From: the human T2T-CHM13v2.0 reference genome, Homo sapiens
NCBI RefSeq assembly: GCF_009914755.1
Contig: NC_060937.1
Length of the DNA: 64,000 bases
Direction: 5' to 3' (one strand)
The position numbers and the translations under genes are program-made. The notes beneath the pieces are model-generated. The model did not search any database. It had not been told where the DNA came from and was given only the letters and a program-made list of their open reading frames with translations. How positions within the stretch are numbered: the first letter of the stretch is position 1; each line of letters starts with the position of its first letter. Of this stretch, positions 37,030-51,289 are shown piece by piece.

Positions 37030-38100
37030 GGCGAAGAAGTTACGCGGAAGGTAAAAATCTACAAGCACTGAGAAGAGAAACAATGACCTCTGGGTCCTTA
37101 GGCACCACAGCTCCACTAAGGTAGCCTAAAATTGAAGGAGATTTATGGGAAAACCCATCAGACTGTTGATCCATGTTAAGTTTATTATGTCTAAACACCT
37201 GAACAGAGGCCAAGTTTGTACTCCTTCTATACCTGTGGTATTGATTTCAAGATTAATTTACAATAAATTCTACTTTGGCTTTAATGTTGTAGCTTGTCAA
37301 GACGTTCTGAATCTTGAATGAGCACCTCTGGTATCTGCTATCTCTGACAGCTGCATGACACCTGCAAATCTGATAAGCATACTTCTAATTCTTCCACCAC
37401 AAGGAATTCTTTGACTATGCTATGATATAGTTCTGATAAAATACCTGTAGGTGTTAATAAGTCACTGATTATCCTCTACCTGAGACCTCTCTGGAATATA
37501 TTTCATAATGTTAAAAAAATCCTTTCCTGAAAGGCAGCAGGATAGAAAATTAGGCATAAACATGCAACCCTGTTATTTTTTCCTTGTGAGATTAAATGCC
37601 ATTTATTTACAAAGACTTGGATTTTAGAGAATTAACTTCTTATCCTTAAGGCTAGGACTGCACTTAAGATTTAAAAAAAATAAATAAAATAAAATAAACC
37701 TCCTTGGTGCCTTCATTAGTGACAAGAAGAGGCAAGCCCTTGTGAAGCTCAAAGCATTTACATGTCTCTTGCCTTTGGGCACGCTTTCCATTCTCCATGA
37801 GAATCACAAAATTTTAGATTCTTTAGAGACTACGTCTGTAAGTCCCTTAAGGGCACTGGATCCATCTTCTGTGTCTGAAACTTGAATTAATTCAAAGCAG
37901 CTTAGTGCTTTCTTCCTATCTCATCTATCTTGGATTAGATTTTGGGTTTACTCTTGTTTTCTTGCATCTAGTTCAACAATACATCTTCTTACAGAATAAT
38001 TTAGTAAGAATACAGGCATTGAGAAGCTCTCTCCTTTTGCACCTTACATCACACTTGGAGCAGTGACTCCAGCCTTTCTTTGCTCCTGGTTGTTCTATAA
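37030..38100 (-). mobile_element. L3/CR1 LINE ORF2 (reverse transcriptase) remnant
   Basis: My translations: ELLNAC; KH*AALN*FKF; LKGLTDVVSKESKIL*FSWRMESVPKGKRHVNA (CR1 LKELADVISEPLSIIFEKSWRTGEVPEDWRRANV); KLNMDQQSD...ILGYLSGAVVPKDPEVIVSLLSA (CR1 KLNMSQQCD...ILGCINRSIVSRTREVIVPLYSA). Confidence 0.8.
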
Positions 38101-38214
38101 GTAGATGGCAATTTAAAAAAAATTGACATTTGTATATGTGGTAAATTTCCACTCCAGATTTTACTTTTAAAAAAATGACTACTGTGCAAGGCTCCTGGTC
38201 CTCTTGTGTAGTCA

Positions 38215-38652
38215 CCCCCGCGTGTGTGTCCTCCCACGCCCTGTGTTCGCGCCCCTCGCCAGACCCTCTTTCCGCAGCCCTGCACCACGCGCTCTCACTT
38301 TGGCAGCGGCCACCTCCGAAACCTCAGACTCCTCAAACTCGCAGAAACCCCTCCTGGCGGCAGTGATGCTCCCCACGTCTCCCACACTAAGTGGCGCCTC
38401 CCTTGGCCTGACCCTGCGGAACCCTCGGAAGCAGGATGCCCCTTTGCTGTCCCCTGCCTCCCACCCTGACCCCTTCACCAGCCGTGTACTTGTCTGCGGG
38501 TTGCTGGGTCGCCAGAGCTGAGGCCACCCAGCAAGGGTGGGTGGAGAGAGGCCACGCGCCCGGGATGAGGGGAGAGGGGCCGAGCCCCCGGAGCCGGAGC
38601 CTGCCTCTCCAGGAAGCCTCTCAGGCTCTATCCGCACCCCCTGCGATCCGCT
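38215..38652. promoter_or_regulatory. Small intronic CpG island-like segment
   Basis: About 29 CpG in ~435 bp by hand count, GC-rich, not Alu, in AT-rich CpG-depleted surroundings. Regulatory function is inferred. Confidence 0.6.
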
Positions 38653-39072
38653 TCCTCCCTGACACCAGGGTGATTTTCTTGAAGTAAAAATTTGATTCCC
38701 GCCTGAAAGCCTTTACTGGCTGCTGCTCCAGCAGCAGAAGACCCAACCCATATGCCCGTGTTTTTCCCTGTGTAACTTCTCCTCAGCCTTTAGCTCCCAG
38801 CTCCTGGCCAGGCCTCCCCAGCAGTCTAGAGGTTGCTCCTCCCCTCTCCTGGGCTTTGCCTTCGGGCGGTAACACCCTAGTCAGGCTCTGTCTCAGTTCC
38901 CCTAGGAATTAAAGACCGCGGGCAATGGGATGTTGCCTGACTTATTCTTGGCTGTTTCTTGGATGCTGAGAATGCAGACTGGTAAATATTAAAACTCAGC
39001 AAGTGTTTTCTGACTGAAGGGCCTCTCTGTCCTATGTCCTCAATAAATGTATTTTGGTGGAACAGATGAATA
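38290..39072 (+). mobile_element. L2 LINE 3' portion (overlaps the CpG-rich segment)
   Basis: ccagggtgattttcttgaagtaaaaatttgatt...aaagcctttactggct and terminal ctcaataaatgtattttggtggaacagatgaat match the L2 3' end; the upstream boundary is uncertain. Confidence 0.65.
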
Positions 39073-39397
39073 CCGCTGAGAGCTAACTGGCGAATGCCGC
39101 TTCTCTTTTTCCCAGACCTCCTTCCTCCTGCACTTCTCCTCCCCAGCCTCCCCAGTTCCCCCAGGGCCCTCGTGGCCCTGCCTGTGCACAGGGCTCTAAG
39201 CACCTCAGGCAGGGAGCAATCACTGAACTACTAATCATTCCCAGTTCCCAAAATACACAGCCATAGATGGATTATGCTATCACGTGGTAGGGTATGCCTC
39301 TCTATGTTATTGGCCAAGTCTACATAATTCCCAGAACAATTCTTTGTAGATTAATGGATGGGTAGTTAATTGGATCACAAATCTGCCACCGTAATAA

Positions 39398-39810
<413 letters not shown>

Positions 39811-40621
39811 TAATATTACACATCTGGAGACATAATGAGAAGAAGAGTCACAAATAAAGGTGGTTAAGGTCCTTCTGTTTCTAATTCTATTCGTCCCCTC
39901 ATTTAATTTCTTTCAGTGCTTTTTTTTGATTCTAGGTGCTAAGTATTCACAGATGAATACAATTTACATTTGTACCGGGAGTACATACAGTCTGAGGGGG
40001 AAAAACATCACCTCACGTAATACGGTTCTAGTATAATCAGACTTGGAGGGAAGGGAAAGAACGCATCTTCCAATGTACACATGGACAGTAAACAGCACAA
40101 TGTTGACAACTTACAGCTAGCTTAGTGTAAGGTACCTCACATTTTAATTTAAAAATCTTTAATATTAGAATGCATCATTGAAATTTAAGCCTTAAAATTA
40201 AGGACTTTTCAGACTAAACATCACAGAGATGCTAAGCATACTGGCAAAATATGGCACTGGATTCAGTTTAATGAGACAACATAAAAATTCAGACCAAGAG
40301 AATAAATATTCAGAAGCAAAGGCTTTTTAGAAGTGAGACAGGCTCGAATGCCTATTCTACTACAGAACTTGTTTCTTCATCTGGAAAATGGGGATAAAGT
40401 GTTTTCCTTATGGGGAGGTTATGAGGACTAAATGGTAGATTACCAGGCATGTAATAAAGGGTAGCTATTTTTCAACACATGACTATATGCTAGGACTATG
40501 ATTTAATAGACTGGCAAAAGAAAAGATAGGGAATCAGGAAAAAAAGAAGCAATAAAAGGTTTGTTACTAACAGAAGGTGAGTTCTGAAAAGCAAGAAGAG
40601 TTCAATTTATCCAGGATGTCA

Positions 40622-40897
<276 letters not shown>

Positions 40898-41979
40898 TCA
40901 TTAAATCAATATTTTTCTTCTATAAATTTATTGTACATATTTGCAGAAAAGTTTATTATAATCCTATATATTTTCCTTTATATCAAAATTAAAACAAAAT
41001 ATTTGCACAGCTGCTAAAACACCTTATAAAGCCATGGCTCACACCTTTTGCAAACAAACCTGTCTTCAGCTATGCTGGCTATACATGAAACAGATTAAAA
41101 CATTTCTAATATTAATATAGCGTTTGTATTTAATTCACTAAATTCCATTACCTAATACTTTTATCCTTCCTTTGTTTTACAAGTACTTTATTTTATCCAT
41201 TTATTGCTTTTTGTAACAAAGTCAATTCTCAGTGAGGAAAAGAAATATTTTAAACTCAAAATTACTTAAAGTAACAAATCCTGTAAGAAATTTAGATGAC
41301 ATTTAACGATTGTGTTCAGCCCACCTACAGTCTTTTCAATACCTTCTCCTTGTCCAAAATACTGTGTGTAAAGTTAGTTAACAAATGCTGGATGCCAACA
41401 ATTCACTAGTGGTCTAATGCTGACCATATGTGATAGGGAGCTTAAGACTTAAGGATAAGACAATGAAGAAGGAAGTCTGTAATATCACAAAATATAGCCA
41501 CATAGCAGCATAAAAACTACAAAGCAGAACTATGATTTTATACAGGGGAAAGTATATGAAAAATTAAAAGGACTTCATCATACTTTTTAAGCATGCTTTA
41601 TTTTCTTCTCTGATTTTGAATATAAAGAGAGACCATTCATTCACTTACTTATTAACTCTGTGGGAGGTATTAAGGAGATACGTTTTTATTCACACACACA
41701 TAGCCACAAACTTAAATTCAATATAAAACACTGTAAAATGTAAAAAGGGACAAACTTGAAAGACAACTGAGATTATTCCCTGGTGAAAGCTGTTAGCAAG
41801 CATGGAAAAAAGCATGGAAGATCAGGCTGCACAACCATGGGGAGGGCAGGATGAGGCAATCTGAGATAAAGACCACAGGACACGGTAAAATGATCACATT
41901 TTCCAAATAAAAAGCCCCTTTCCCAATTCAAAGAAAATGTATGTTTGTAAAGGACTGTAGTAAATAAAAGCCCTCCTCA

Positions 41980-42201
<222 letters not shown>

Positions 42202-42499
42202 TCAGAAAACATAAAAGGAAAAGAAAGTATTTGGTAATGTGAAGAGTAAAACAGTCTTAATGAATATAAAATTTCACCAAAAATGTGTGAGTGCAAACTT
42301 TAACTTAATTATATTCTTATTCTATCTATTTACATATATACACCTTTTCTTGACATTTTTTATTCTGCTAAAATTTTAATTTTTTAAAACATCAAGAACA
42401 CATTCAGTTTCTATGGATTAACTCATTACTTTGGTCCCAAAACATGCATTGAAATGATGCTGTGCCAGAAGCTGGAAACAAAGTCAGCAAAGAACTTAC

Positions 42500-43180
42500 G
42501 AAGGGACACTAACATTTATTCTGAGTCCCTACTATGTGTCAGATAATGAACTAGTAGGTACTTTCCATGTCTCTTGGCTATTTTTTTTTCTTTTTTTAAG
42601 ATAGGGTCTTGCTCTGTTGCCCAGGCTGGAGTGCAGTGTTGTGATCGCAGTTCACTGCAGCCTGGACCTCCTGGGCTCAAGCCATCCTCCTGCTTTGGCC
42701 TACTGATTGGCTGGGACTACAGGTGTGCTCCACCACACCCAGCTAAATTTTTAGATTTTTTTTTGTACAGATGGAGTCTTACTATGTTGCCAGGGCTGGT
42801 CTTGAACTCCTGGACTGAAGTGATCTGCCAGCCTCAGCCTCCTAAAGTTCTGGGATTACAGGCATGAGCCACCGCGCCCAGCCTCTCTTGACTTTTATCA
42901 CTTGAACGAGATGGGATCTAAACTAGTGTAAAGCAAGGGATCCGGAGCCAGAATAACTTACTCTGAAACAGGCACTACACTGAGACTCACATACACTGTA
43001 TCACTTATTCTCCACAACAACCCTATGTAGCAGGTATCTCACTTTTCAGATGATAAAACTAAAACTAGTCTTAGGATTATTAAATAACATGTCCAAGGAC
43101 ACCTAGCTAGAATTGCCACACCTTGGATCTGAACCCAGGCTGACTATTAGGAGCCAGGGCTCCTAATCACTAAAGTTGAG
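42500..43180 (-). mobile_element. MIR interrupted by AluJ-like element (42581-42883, minus)
   Basis: aacatttattctgagtccctactatgtgtcag...cacaacaaccctatg...ttttcagatgataaaact...tgaacccagg; Alu TSD tctcttg. Confidence 0.8.
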
Positions 43181-43639
43181 TCTCCACCACCCACCCATTT
43201 AAGCAAAGAGGAAGAACACTGGCCTCAGAGTCTGGTGACCTGCACCCTGTTCCTACCTTTCACACCTACTAGACAAATCATCTCGGAAAATAATTTGCTT
43301 CTGCAAGCCTCATCTCTAAAATGCTTCCTTGTCAAATCCCACAGTGGCTGTCCAGAATTCATAAGCTCACATCTGTTAAAATCTGTGCTTTGGAAATTGT
43401 GAATCACTATTCAAACATAAGGTACATTATTTCTGTTATAACTTATAACCTAAACTCTTGACATTTCCCATCAAGCTACATGAAACTGCTAAAGCTGACT
43501 GGCTGTCAAAGTCGGCCAATGCTAAAGAAAAGGAGATGAGCTGCCTCAAGTCTTCCACATAAGGAGCTACTTGGTGGTTGGTAAGGTTTCCACATGGAGT
43601 ATCTTCCGCAGTTTTAGAATAGGTTCATTGTCGAGTATG

Positions 43640-43855
43640 GAAAAGAGTTAAAAGTTGGGGATCTGCTCAGGATGTATGCCTTCAAGTCCTAGCACTTCTG
43701 GCCAAGTAGCTTAACCTCTATGGCTTCAGTTTCCTCATAATGTGAGTAACTAGTCAAAAGGGTGAGGTGAACATTAAAAGGCTGATGTGTATAACGGGCT
43801 CAGTGCACTGTTTGGCACAAATAAGGATTCATAAAATGTCAGTTGTCATTGTTAC
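43640..43855 (+). mobile_element. MIR
   Basis: ttcaagtcctagc...ggccaagtagcttaacctctatggcttcagtttcctcat. Confidence 0.75.
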
Positions 43856-44069
43856 TATAATTAATACCATGACCCAGATAAAAGTGACAAATATAGACTG
43901 ATGTAATTATTTCCATAAACTTTTTAATTTTAAAATTCTATCTTAATTTCAAATGTATATATTTGGTAACCATCATTAGTAACTTTTAAATGTCATGGAA
44001 TTTAAAAAATGATACAAAGTTCACATCAATACAAATGAAATGCCGATCGGTTCTAGAGAGACCAGTTTA

Positions 44070-44162
<93 letters not shown>

Positions 44163-45671
44163 CTAGAAAAAAAAATTTAAATTTGGTGGTAAATGAGGCC
44201 ATCTGATTCTCTAAAATCCCTAACACAAGAATCTGTATATTAAACATCCATAGCCACACATATAGACATTTTAATTACATTCTACACCCCACATTATCTC
44301 GAGATAGATTCTCTTTTCCCCGCATCCTCTTCTGCTCCATCTCTTGAATGATTTTGGTTTTGGAATTCTGTGTCCAGGACAGGAAATCCTCCTCATGAGG
44401 GCCTTTTGTCCTGACTGCCTATCCTCTACAATACCTTTACTAACCACCCACAAGAGCTGGGAAGAAGTGCTGGCTGGACAATTTTAGGAGCAAATTATTT
44501 TTCCTTCAAATCCTGGAATGTCGTGATATACGCCCAAGCAAATTATAACCCTTGAATTTGAAAACACCACAATGCAGCTCCCAGCTTGAGTTAAAAATCA
44601 GCAATATTACTATCTATCCCCTCTCCAAGAGACATAGCTTATAGGAGAGACTCAATCACTACTCTCCATCTTGCCTTCTTTGTTCTTTCAGAATTTAATG
44701 ATTCCATCAAAGAGAACCCCGATTTTGTGCTTTAAAATTACCTGCAAGTATATATTTATTGTTCATCAAACATCTGTTAAGCACCTACTTGGTGCCAGGA
44801 ACTCTTCAAGACACTGAGGATACAGAAGTGAATGCAACTGACAACAGTGCTGGACCCCGGTGGAGTGCACATTCTGCAGTTCTGGGGAAACCCTTCATCA
44901 CCCGCATTTTGTCCTCTCAGTCTCCTCTTATAAATTTTTCTTTTTATTATATCTCAGCATTTTATCAATCTCTATCTTTTTTGGAAGTTTGTAATACAGA
45001 TAGTGAAGTAAATCAATGCAGTGATGAACGTCCTCCCACCCTGACTCTCCTTTCAATCCCACCACCACACCTACTCTCCACTCACAAGACGTGGCCGAGA
45101 GACAATGAGACTGTTTACATTTCTTAAAATATAGTGAAGAAAGCAGTGTGGTAAGCATGCTAGCAAAAATCAAACAACAAAACAATACAAAGCCTTAGTG
45201 ACACACACAGGTCAACAAAGCCTCAAATCCTATGAGGAAAAATTTAAAATATTCATGCCTCATATAAAGTGGGCCTTCACAGGAGAAAGATGATTGCTAG
45301 GTTTGAAGTTATTATCAAAGAAGTTAAATAAATCAGAACACGGACGTAAATTAATATCTGATGCAAATATAAGCCCCTACAACATGGGATGGGGGTTGGA
45401 GAGAAAAAAGGTCACTTATCCAATGGATTTGGGAATTAACCAAAACGGACACACAGCTATGAAGGTATATACAAAGTAAAGGACAATTTTCCTATAAATA
45501 GAATTTGTGGATATATGAAGGTGCATATATATTCAACCTTCTATCAAGTTCCAAAAAACTTTTTTAGAAAACTCTGCTGTTTTATGTTTGGATCCTTTAT
45601 ACAGTGTCTTAAATCAGAAGTGCAATTTGGATTTTTTTTGTGAAGCAGAAATAAGGCAGGGGACACACTCA

Positions 45672-45944
<273 letters not shown>

Positions 45945-46959
45945 TCAACAGCATCTTTGTTTATTTCAATTTCTGAAGGTAAATTCAATTAACTTTTCAT
46001 TTAATACTTAAGATCACTGGAGCTAAAGAAGGATTCAAAACATAAAAGTGTATTTATATCATTTGAGGGGTTTTCAGACAGTTTTCTTCAGAATGACAGT
46101 CTGATTATTACTAGTGTTAGTTATAAGTCAGTAATTAAGGTAGATATATCATTCCCTAACCTTTGTCCCTTCCCTGTTATTTACTCTTTCACTAACCCAA
46201 TTAAGCAGTCTCAACTGCTCACTGTATACATTCCTTATACATACTTACATGCAAAATATGATCAGTTTCAGTTATAATGGTAACTCTTACCTTATGAATT
46301 ATATTCTAGAAACTTGTGACCTATATACATAAATATTAAATGAATAAAAATCCTGAGGCACATTAAGTGAATTTAAAGTTCTCATCCAGTAAAATATTCA
46401 TTTATGAAAAAAATGCCTGCAATATAAATAATCAGATCTTATCTGTTTTATAGTTAGATATCTTAAATTAAAGACAACGTAACTAGTAAGGTGAATTATT
46501 CTTCACCCAAAAATAACTTTTTCTGTTCTATATATTCCAATATAAACCAAAGCAAATCCAAAATACGTGATTTGAATGTTTACATTTGAATCATTAAGTC
46601 AAGCCAAAATATATAGCCATAGCCAAAAATAATGGCTCTAGAATATTGTAGGTTCTCATTATATGTCTACTTTTTAGGATTACCAAAATACACATTTTTT
46701 TTTCAATTGGCTTTATTTGTGATTCTAGAACTGCACAACACTTCGTTCCATAAAATGAGTCCCCACAACAAATTTATATATAAAAATATAAAAACATAGT
46801 TACTAATAAATGAATGAGTTTAGTAAGTGAACATAAATTGCACAACAAATGAGACTTTGGCTATGGACATCCACAAATTTACACCTTAATTTCTGACTGA
46901 TTTTTCTTTAAACAGAATCCTAGTGTTGAAAGAGACGTTCATGATCCAGTGCCCTCGCT

Positions 46960-48740
46960 CCCTGGTTCGTTCACTCAAGCATGCTGTCAGCAAACCTGCG
47001 GGGTGCTGGAAGAGAAGAATGAAGAGCCTTTGTGTCTAAGCAGCTGGCACTGAAAGAGGCAGAGAAGTGAACCAACTACACTGTGTCCTGGGCCTGGTGC
47101 AGTGGGCACACGGCTGGCGCTCAACAGACAGTGCTGAAGCATGAACGAATGAGCACTGCAAAATGGGAAGGCAAAGGAGAGCATGATGACTTTACTTGTG
47201 GAGTGCAGAGTAGCACCAGGGAAAGCTTCTCGGATAGGAATCAAGAAAGAATCGGCCGGGTGCTGTGGCTCACGCCTATAATCCCAGCACTTTGGGAGGC
47301 TGAGGTGGGTGGATCATGAGGTCAGGAGTTCAAGACCAGTTTGGCCAACATGGTGAAACCCCGTCTCTACTAAAAGTACAAAAATTAGCCGGGTGTGGTG
47401 GCGGGTGCCTGTAATCCCAGCTACTCGGGAGGCTGAGGCAGAGAATTGCTTGAACCCAGGAGGCGGAGGTTGAGTGAGCCACGATTGTGCCACTGCACTC
47501 CAGCCTGGGCGACAGAGCAAGACTCTCCATCTCAAAAAAAAAAAAAAAAAAAAAAGGAATCAGACTTTGCAAGGCAGGGCTGGGATGAGGAATGGAAAAT
47601 GGGAATCATAATAGGAATTCTAGGCAGAAGCAACAGTATAACTAAAGTATGATGGCATAAAATAGCCTGGTAACTTCTAGAAAGGATGTGGTTAAAGATG
47701 AAGCAGTTACCAATGCAGGGATAAATGTAGAAAGAATGGGAGCGGAGTCTGGAAAAGGCAGGCAGGGGCCAGAAAACAGAGGGCCTGGTCCACTAAGCTG
47801 AGGAACTGGGACCATGCACCATAGGCCATGGCCTCTAAGCTTCCTCACCAATGCACACTAAAATAACTTTTGAGTATTCAACCTTCTATTAGTACACTCA
47901 TAAAGTATATGCATGTGGTATTGTTTTATCACATTGCAAAAAGAAAAGCAGACATTTTTATAAGTTGAGATAAAGAAAAATAAATATACATAGAATTTCT
48001 AATATTTTATGACTACACTCTCAATGAATTGCTTACAGATGCCATTTGGGAGACAGCTTCTGTAGGCCATAGGGGAGCATCTGATGTTTTCTGGAATGCT
48101 GCACAGTGGACAGCATGGAGGGTGGAATGCAGGAGGCAGGGAGGGCCGACAGGAGGACAGACTTCCAGGCTTCAGAGGGTGAACTCTGACAGAGGGCAGT
48201 GGGGTCAGGGATGAATGTGTTTTTCCTTTGAGATGCAAACGTCTCAGGACTGTGTGAGTGATTGGATTTGGAGGGTGATGAGAAAGACAGAACAATCTAG
48301 AATAACACTCAGGTTTCTGGCTTGGACAAATAAGTGGATGGTAGAGTCACTGAATCAGCCGGCACAATGAACACAAAAAAGGAAGAGGGGAATCTGGGTG
48401 TGTTTGTGGGAGAAGAGAGGAGGGTGAGGTGCAATGATGGGAGGAGGATGGAGGGCTCACAGAAAATAAACTCCATTTTGGAGGAACCGACTGTGAAGTG
48501 CCCATGAGATACCAGACACTCAGGACCCAAAGCTAAGGAGAACAAGGAGACTTCACTGTACAGATATTAGAGCCATAGAGGGAGACAGGGCCATTAGGGA
48601 AGGGCGATGCGGGCAGAGAAGAAGGTAAAGGGCAGACCCCTGAACTACCAGAGGGAGGGGTGGGAAGGAAGACACAGAACAGTTCAGAGGTACTGAAGAA
48701 CTGAGAGAAAGGAGTGCATGGAAAGAGGGGAGAAAATAAA
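46960..48740 (-). mobile_element. Fragmented L2 with nested AluS (47253-47554, plus)
   Basis: Purine-rich reverse-L2 motifs (gattggatttggagggtg, caggtttctggcttggacaaataagtggatggt, gaagtgcccatgagatacc). Alu flanked by aagaatc / aggaatc. Confidence 0.75.
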
Positions 48741-48759
48741 CTATAAAAGGAAGTGGTCC

Positions 48760-49010
48760 AGGCTTGAGGTTTCCACTCCTGCACATGAGGAGGTTGAAAG
48801 TCACCACTCCATCCTAACAAGCAGGAAGCTGAACAAGCTGAAAATCAAGAATCTTCTTAGATTCAGCAGAGAATCAAGGCCACAGAGCAAACTGCTGCCC
48901 CCAAAACTGGAAAGAAAGGCAGGCAGCCATAGAGAATCACAGCTTACCAGAGCAGAAACCTCCCATAGAACCTACTACCAAGGCAAGAAAGTTTAAACTA
49001 TAATTGGTTA
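48760..49010 (+). mobile_element. Old L1M 5'-end fragment
   Basis: ctccatcctaacaagcaggaagctgaacaagctgaaaatcaa...agagcaaactgctgccccc. Confidence 0.55.
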
Positions 49011-49389
49011 TAAAAAGCAATTCATTTTTTTGTTTCCAGACAATAAAAACACAAAAATAAAGGAGAATAAAAAGAAACTTTACATATTAAAATTCTACCC
49101 TTCTTAAGATTATAATGAACATTTATTTTTATGGAAAAGAAACACAGTAAAGCTAGTAACACAGCTTATTTTACTAAACTATAACCTAAAAATATTTACT
49201 GTCTTATCCAATGACCATGACAATCATTATGTGTTGGGCAAAATTCAAGGAAACAATTTATCTTGGAAAAAAAATTTAAGTATAGAATATAAGTTCATAT
49301 AATATTACAATATTACCCTAAAATGATTGGGAACAAATGAATTTCTAAACTGCCTGTTTTAAAATAAAAACACCTCAAAAATATTAACA

Positions 49390-50240
49390 ATGGGCAAAAA
49401 GTATACTGTCTTGTCCCCTGGCTCACTATGCCCACCCCCAGAGGTAAATATCTTGTGTATCCTTCCAGGCATTTCCTATGCACACTCTTAGAAGCTTATG
49501 CATGTAAACTTTATGTATATATAAACCTACTTTGGCACAAATAGAATCATACCATTCACACTATCTCGCAATTTTATTTAACATAAAAATATATCAATGA
49601 TATGTATTTTTACACATATATTTTTCATAAAAATATAACTTGGAATACTTTCCAGTTTAGTATATAAAGCTCTAGCCTGTTTTCTTTCATGGGTGTAGTC
49701 ATCCACAGCAAACACATGACAAAGCTCATTTCATGCATCTCCTGTTGTGTTGTACACGAGCAGAGGAGGCAAGGTCAATGAGAGCCTGAAGCATCAATGG
49801 GGGAAGTATCCGACCACTGACATCGTTTGGAATTTCCCACATATGGGGATATTAAAGGAACCCAGACTTTTCATCAGTTTTATTATTGATTTTAACTTTT
49901 TTACAGAAAATGCATCCCGTTAGGCCACACCCAGAGCTCACTTCCCTGCCTTGGTCTGCCTCTGTTCCTTTTAACTGACGGTAAGCTGCTGTTAGTTTAT
50001 CTGTTAAAGTGATGCCATAGTGAAATGTCCTTGTCACACCCACACAAGCCTATCCATAAGATAAACTGAAGAAATGGCATTGCTGCAAAGAGTACAAGAT
50101 CTTAAGTTTTTTGATATGTATTTCCAAATTATCCTCTAAAAAAAGCTGTTTCTAACTTACATTCCTACCTGCAGTGTATGAAAATACCTAGTGCTCTCAC
50201 TCTCGCCAATGTAATTCTGTTACGTTTCTTTTAATGCTTC
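49390..50240 (-). mobile_element. L1ME-like 3' fragment
   Basis: tcttgtgtatccttccag...aaatagaatcatac...acttacattcctacctgcagtgtatga. Confidence 0.65.
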
Positions 50241-50294
50241 CTTTATTTTCCTTCTTTAGCTATGTGTGCTGCATTTCCTTTTTCTTTCTAATAA

Positions 50295-50500
<206 letters not shown>

Positions 50501-50877
50501 CTCTATTGGTTTTAAAATAAACATTTATTTATTGGTTTAGCAATTTTAGATAATATTTACTGATTCCCCTCCTCCTGCCTTGACCTCCTGATCTGTCTTG
50601 TTGTTACATATAGATATAGATATATTGATGCTCTTTTTCTTAATTTTGCTAGGCACCAGAGAGGAGAAGAATAGAGATATGCCCTTTATTTTGCCAACAT
50701 TTACTGGATCTCCCCAGAATGCATACAATGGGGGAATAGCTGCTATTAGTAGTAAGGAAGAAGAGGAGAGACATGACAAAATCCTGTGCTTTAGAAAGAT
50801 TATTCTGGCAGTGACATGTAGGTCAGTTTAAAATGCAAAGATTCATGATTATTATAGCAAGAGGAAGTTCAATATAG

Positions 50878-51202
50878 TTTGTGTATCCCTTATCCAAAAT
50901 GCTTGGGATATGTTTTGGATTTTGGATTTTTTTTTCTATTTTGGAAAATTTGCATATACATAATGAGATATCTTGGGGATGTGACCTATGTCTAAACACG
51001 AAATTTATTTGTTTCATATACACCTTATATACATAGCTTGAAGGTAATTTTACAGAATAGTTTAAATAATTTTGTGCATGAAACAAAATTTTAACTGTAT
51101 TTTCACGACAATCTGTCACATGAGATCCACTTGTGGTGTCATGTTGGCACTCAAAAAGTTTTGGATTTTGAAGCATTTCAGATTAGAAATGCTTGACCTG
51201 TA
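50878..51202. mobile_element. Tigger4 (MER46/Zombi) MITE
   Basis: tatcccttatccaaaatgcttggga...tttcagattagaaatgcttgacctgta. Confidence 0.85.
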
Positions 51203-51265
51203 TTGCAAATATGTTGCCCATTTTTCCCTAAATTTAATCTACAAACAGAAAACTATCACTACCAA

Positions 51266-51289
51266 ATGATGATGATGATGATGATGATG
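51266..51289. repeat. (ATG)8 trinucleotide repeat at a MIR end (MIR ~51290-51480)
   Basis: Direct reading. Confidence 0.85.

Noticed and set aside
38212-38637. 141-aa ORF and overlapping ORFs in the GC-rich patch, possibly a processed pseudogene
   Set aside because: No recognisable domain, poly-A tail or TSD, and no true ATG start for the long ORF. Open frames on both strands are expected from high GC content.
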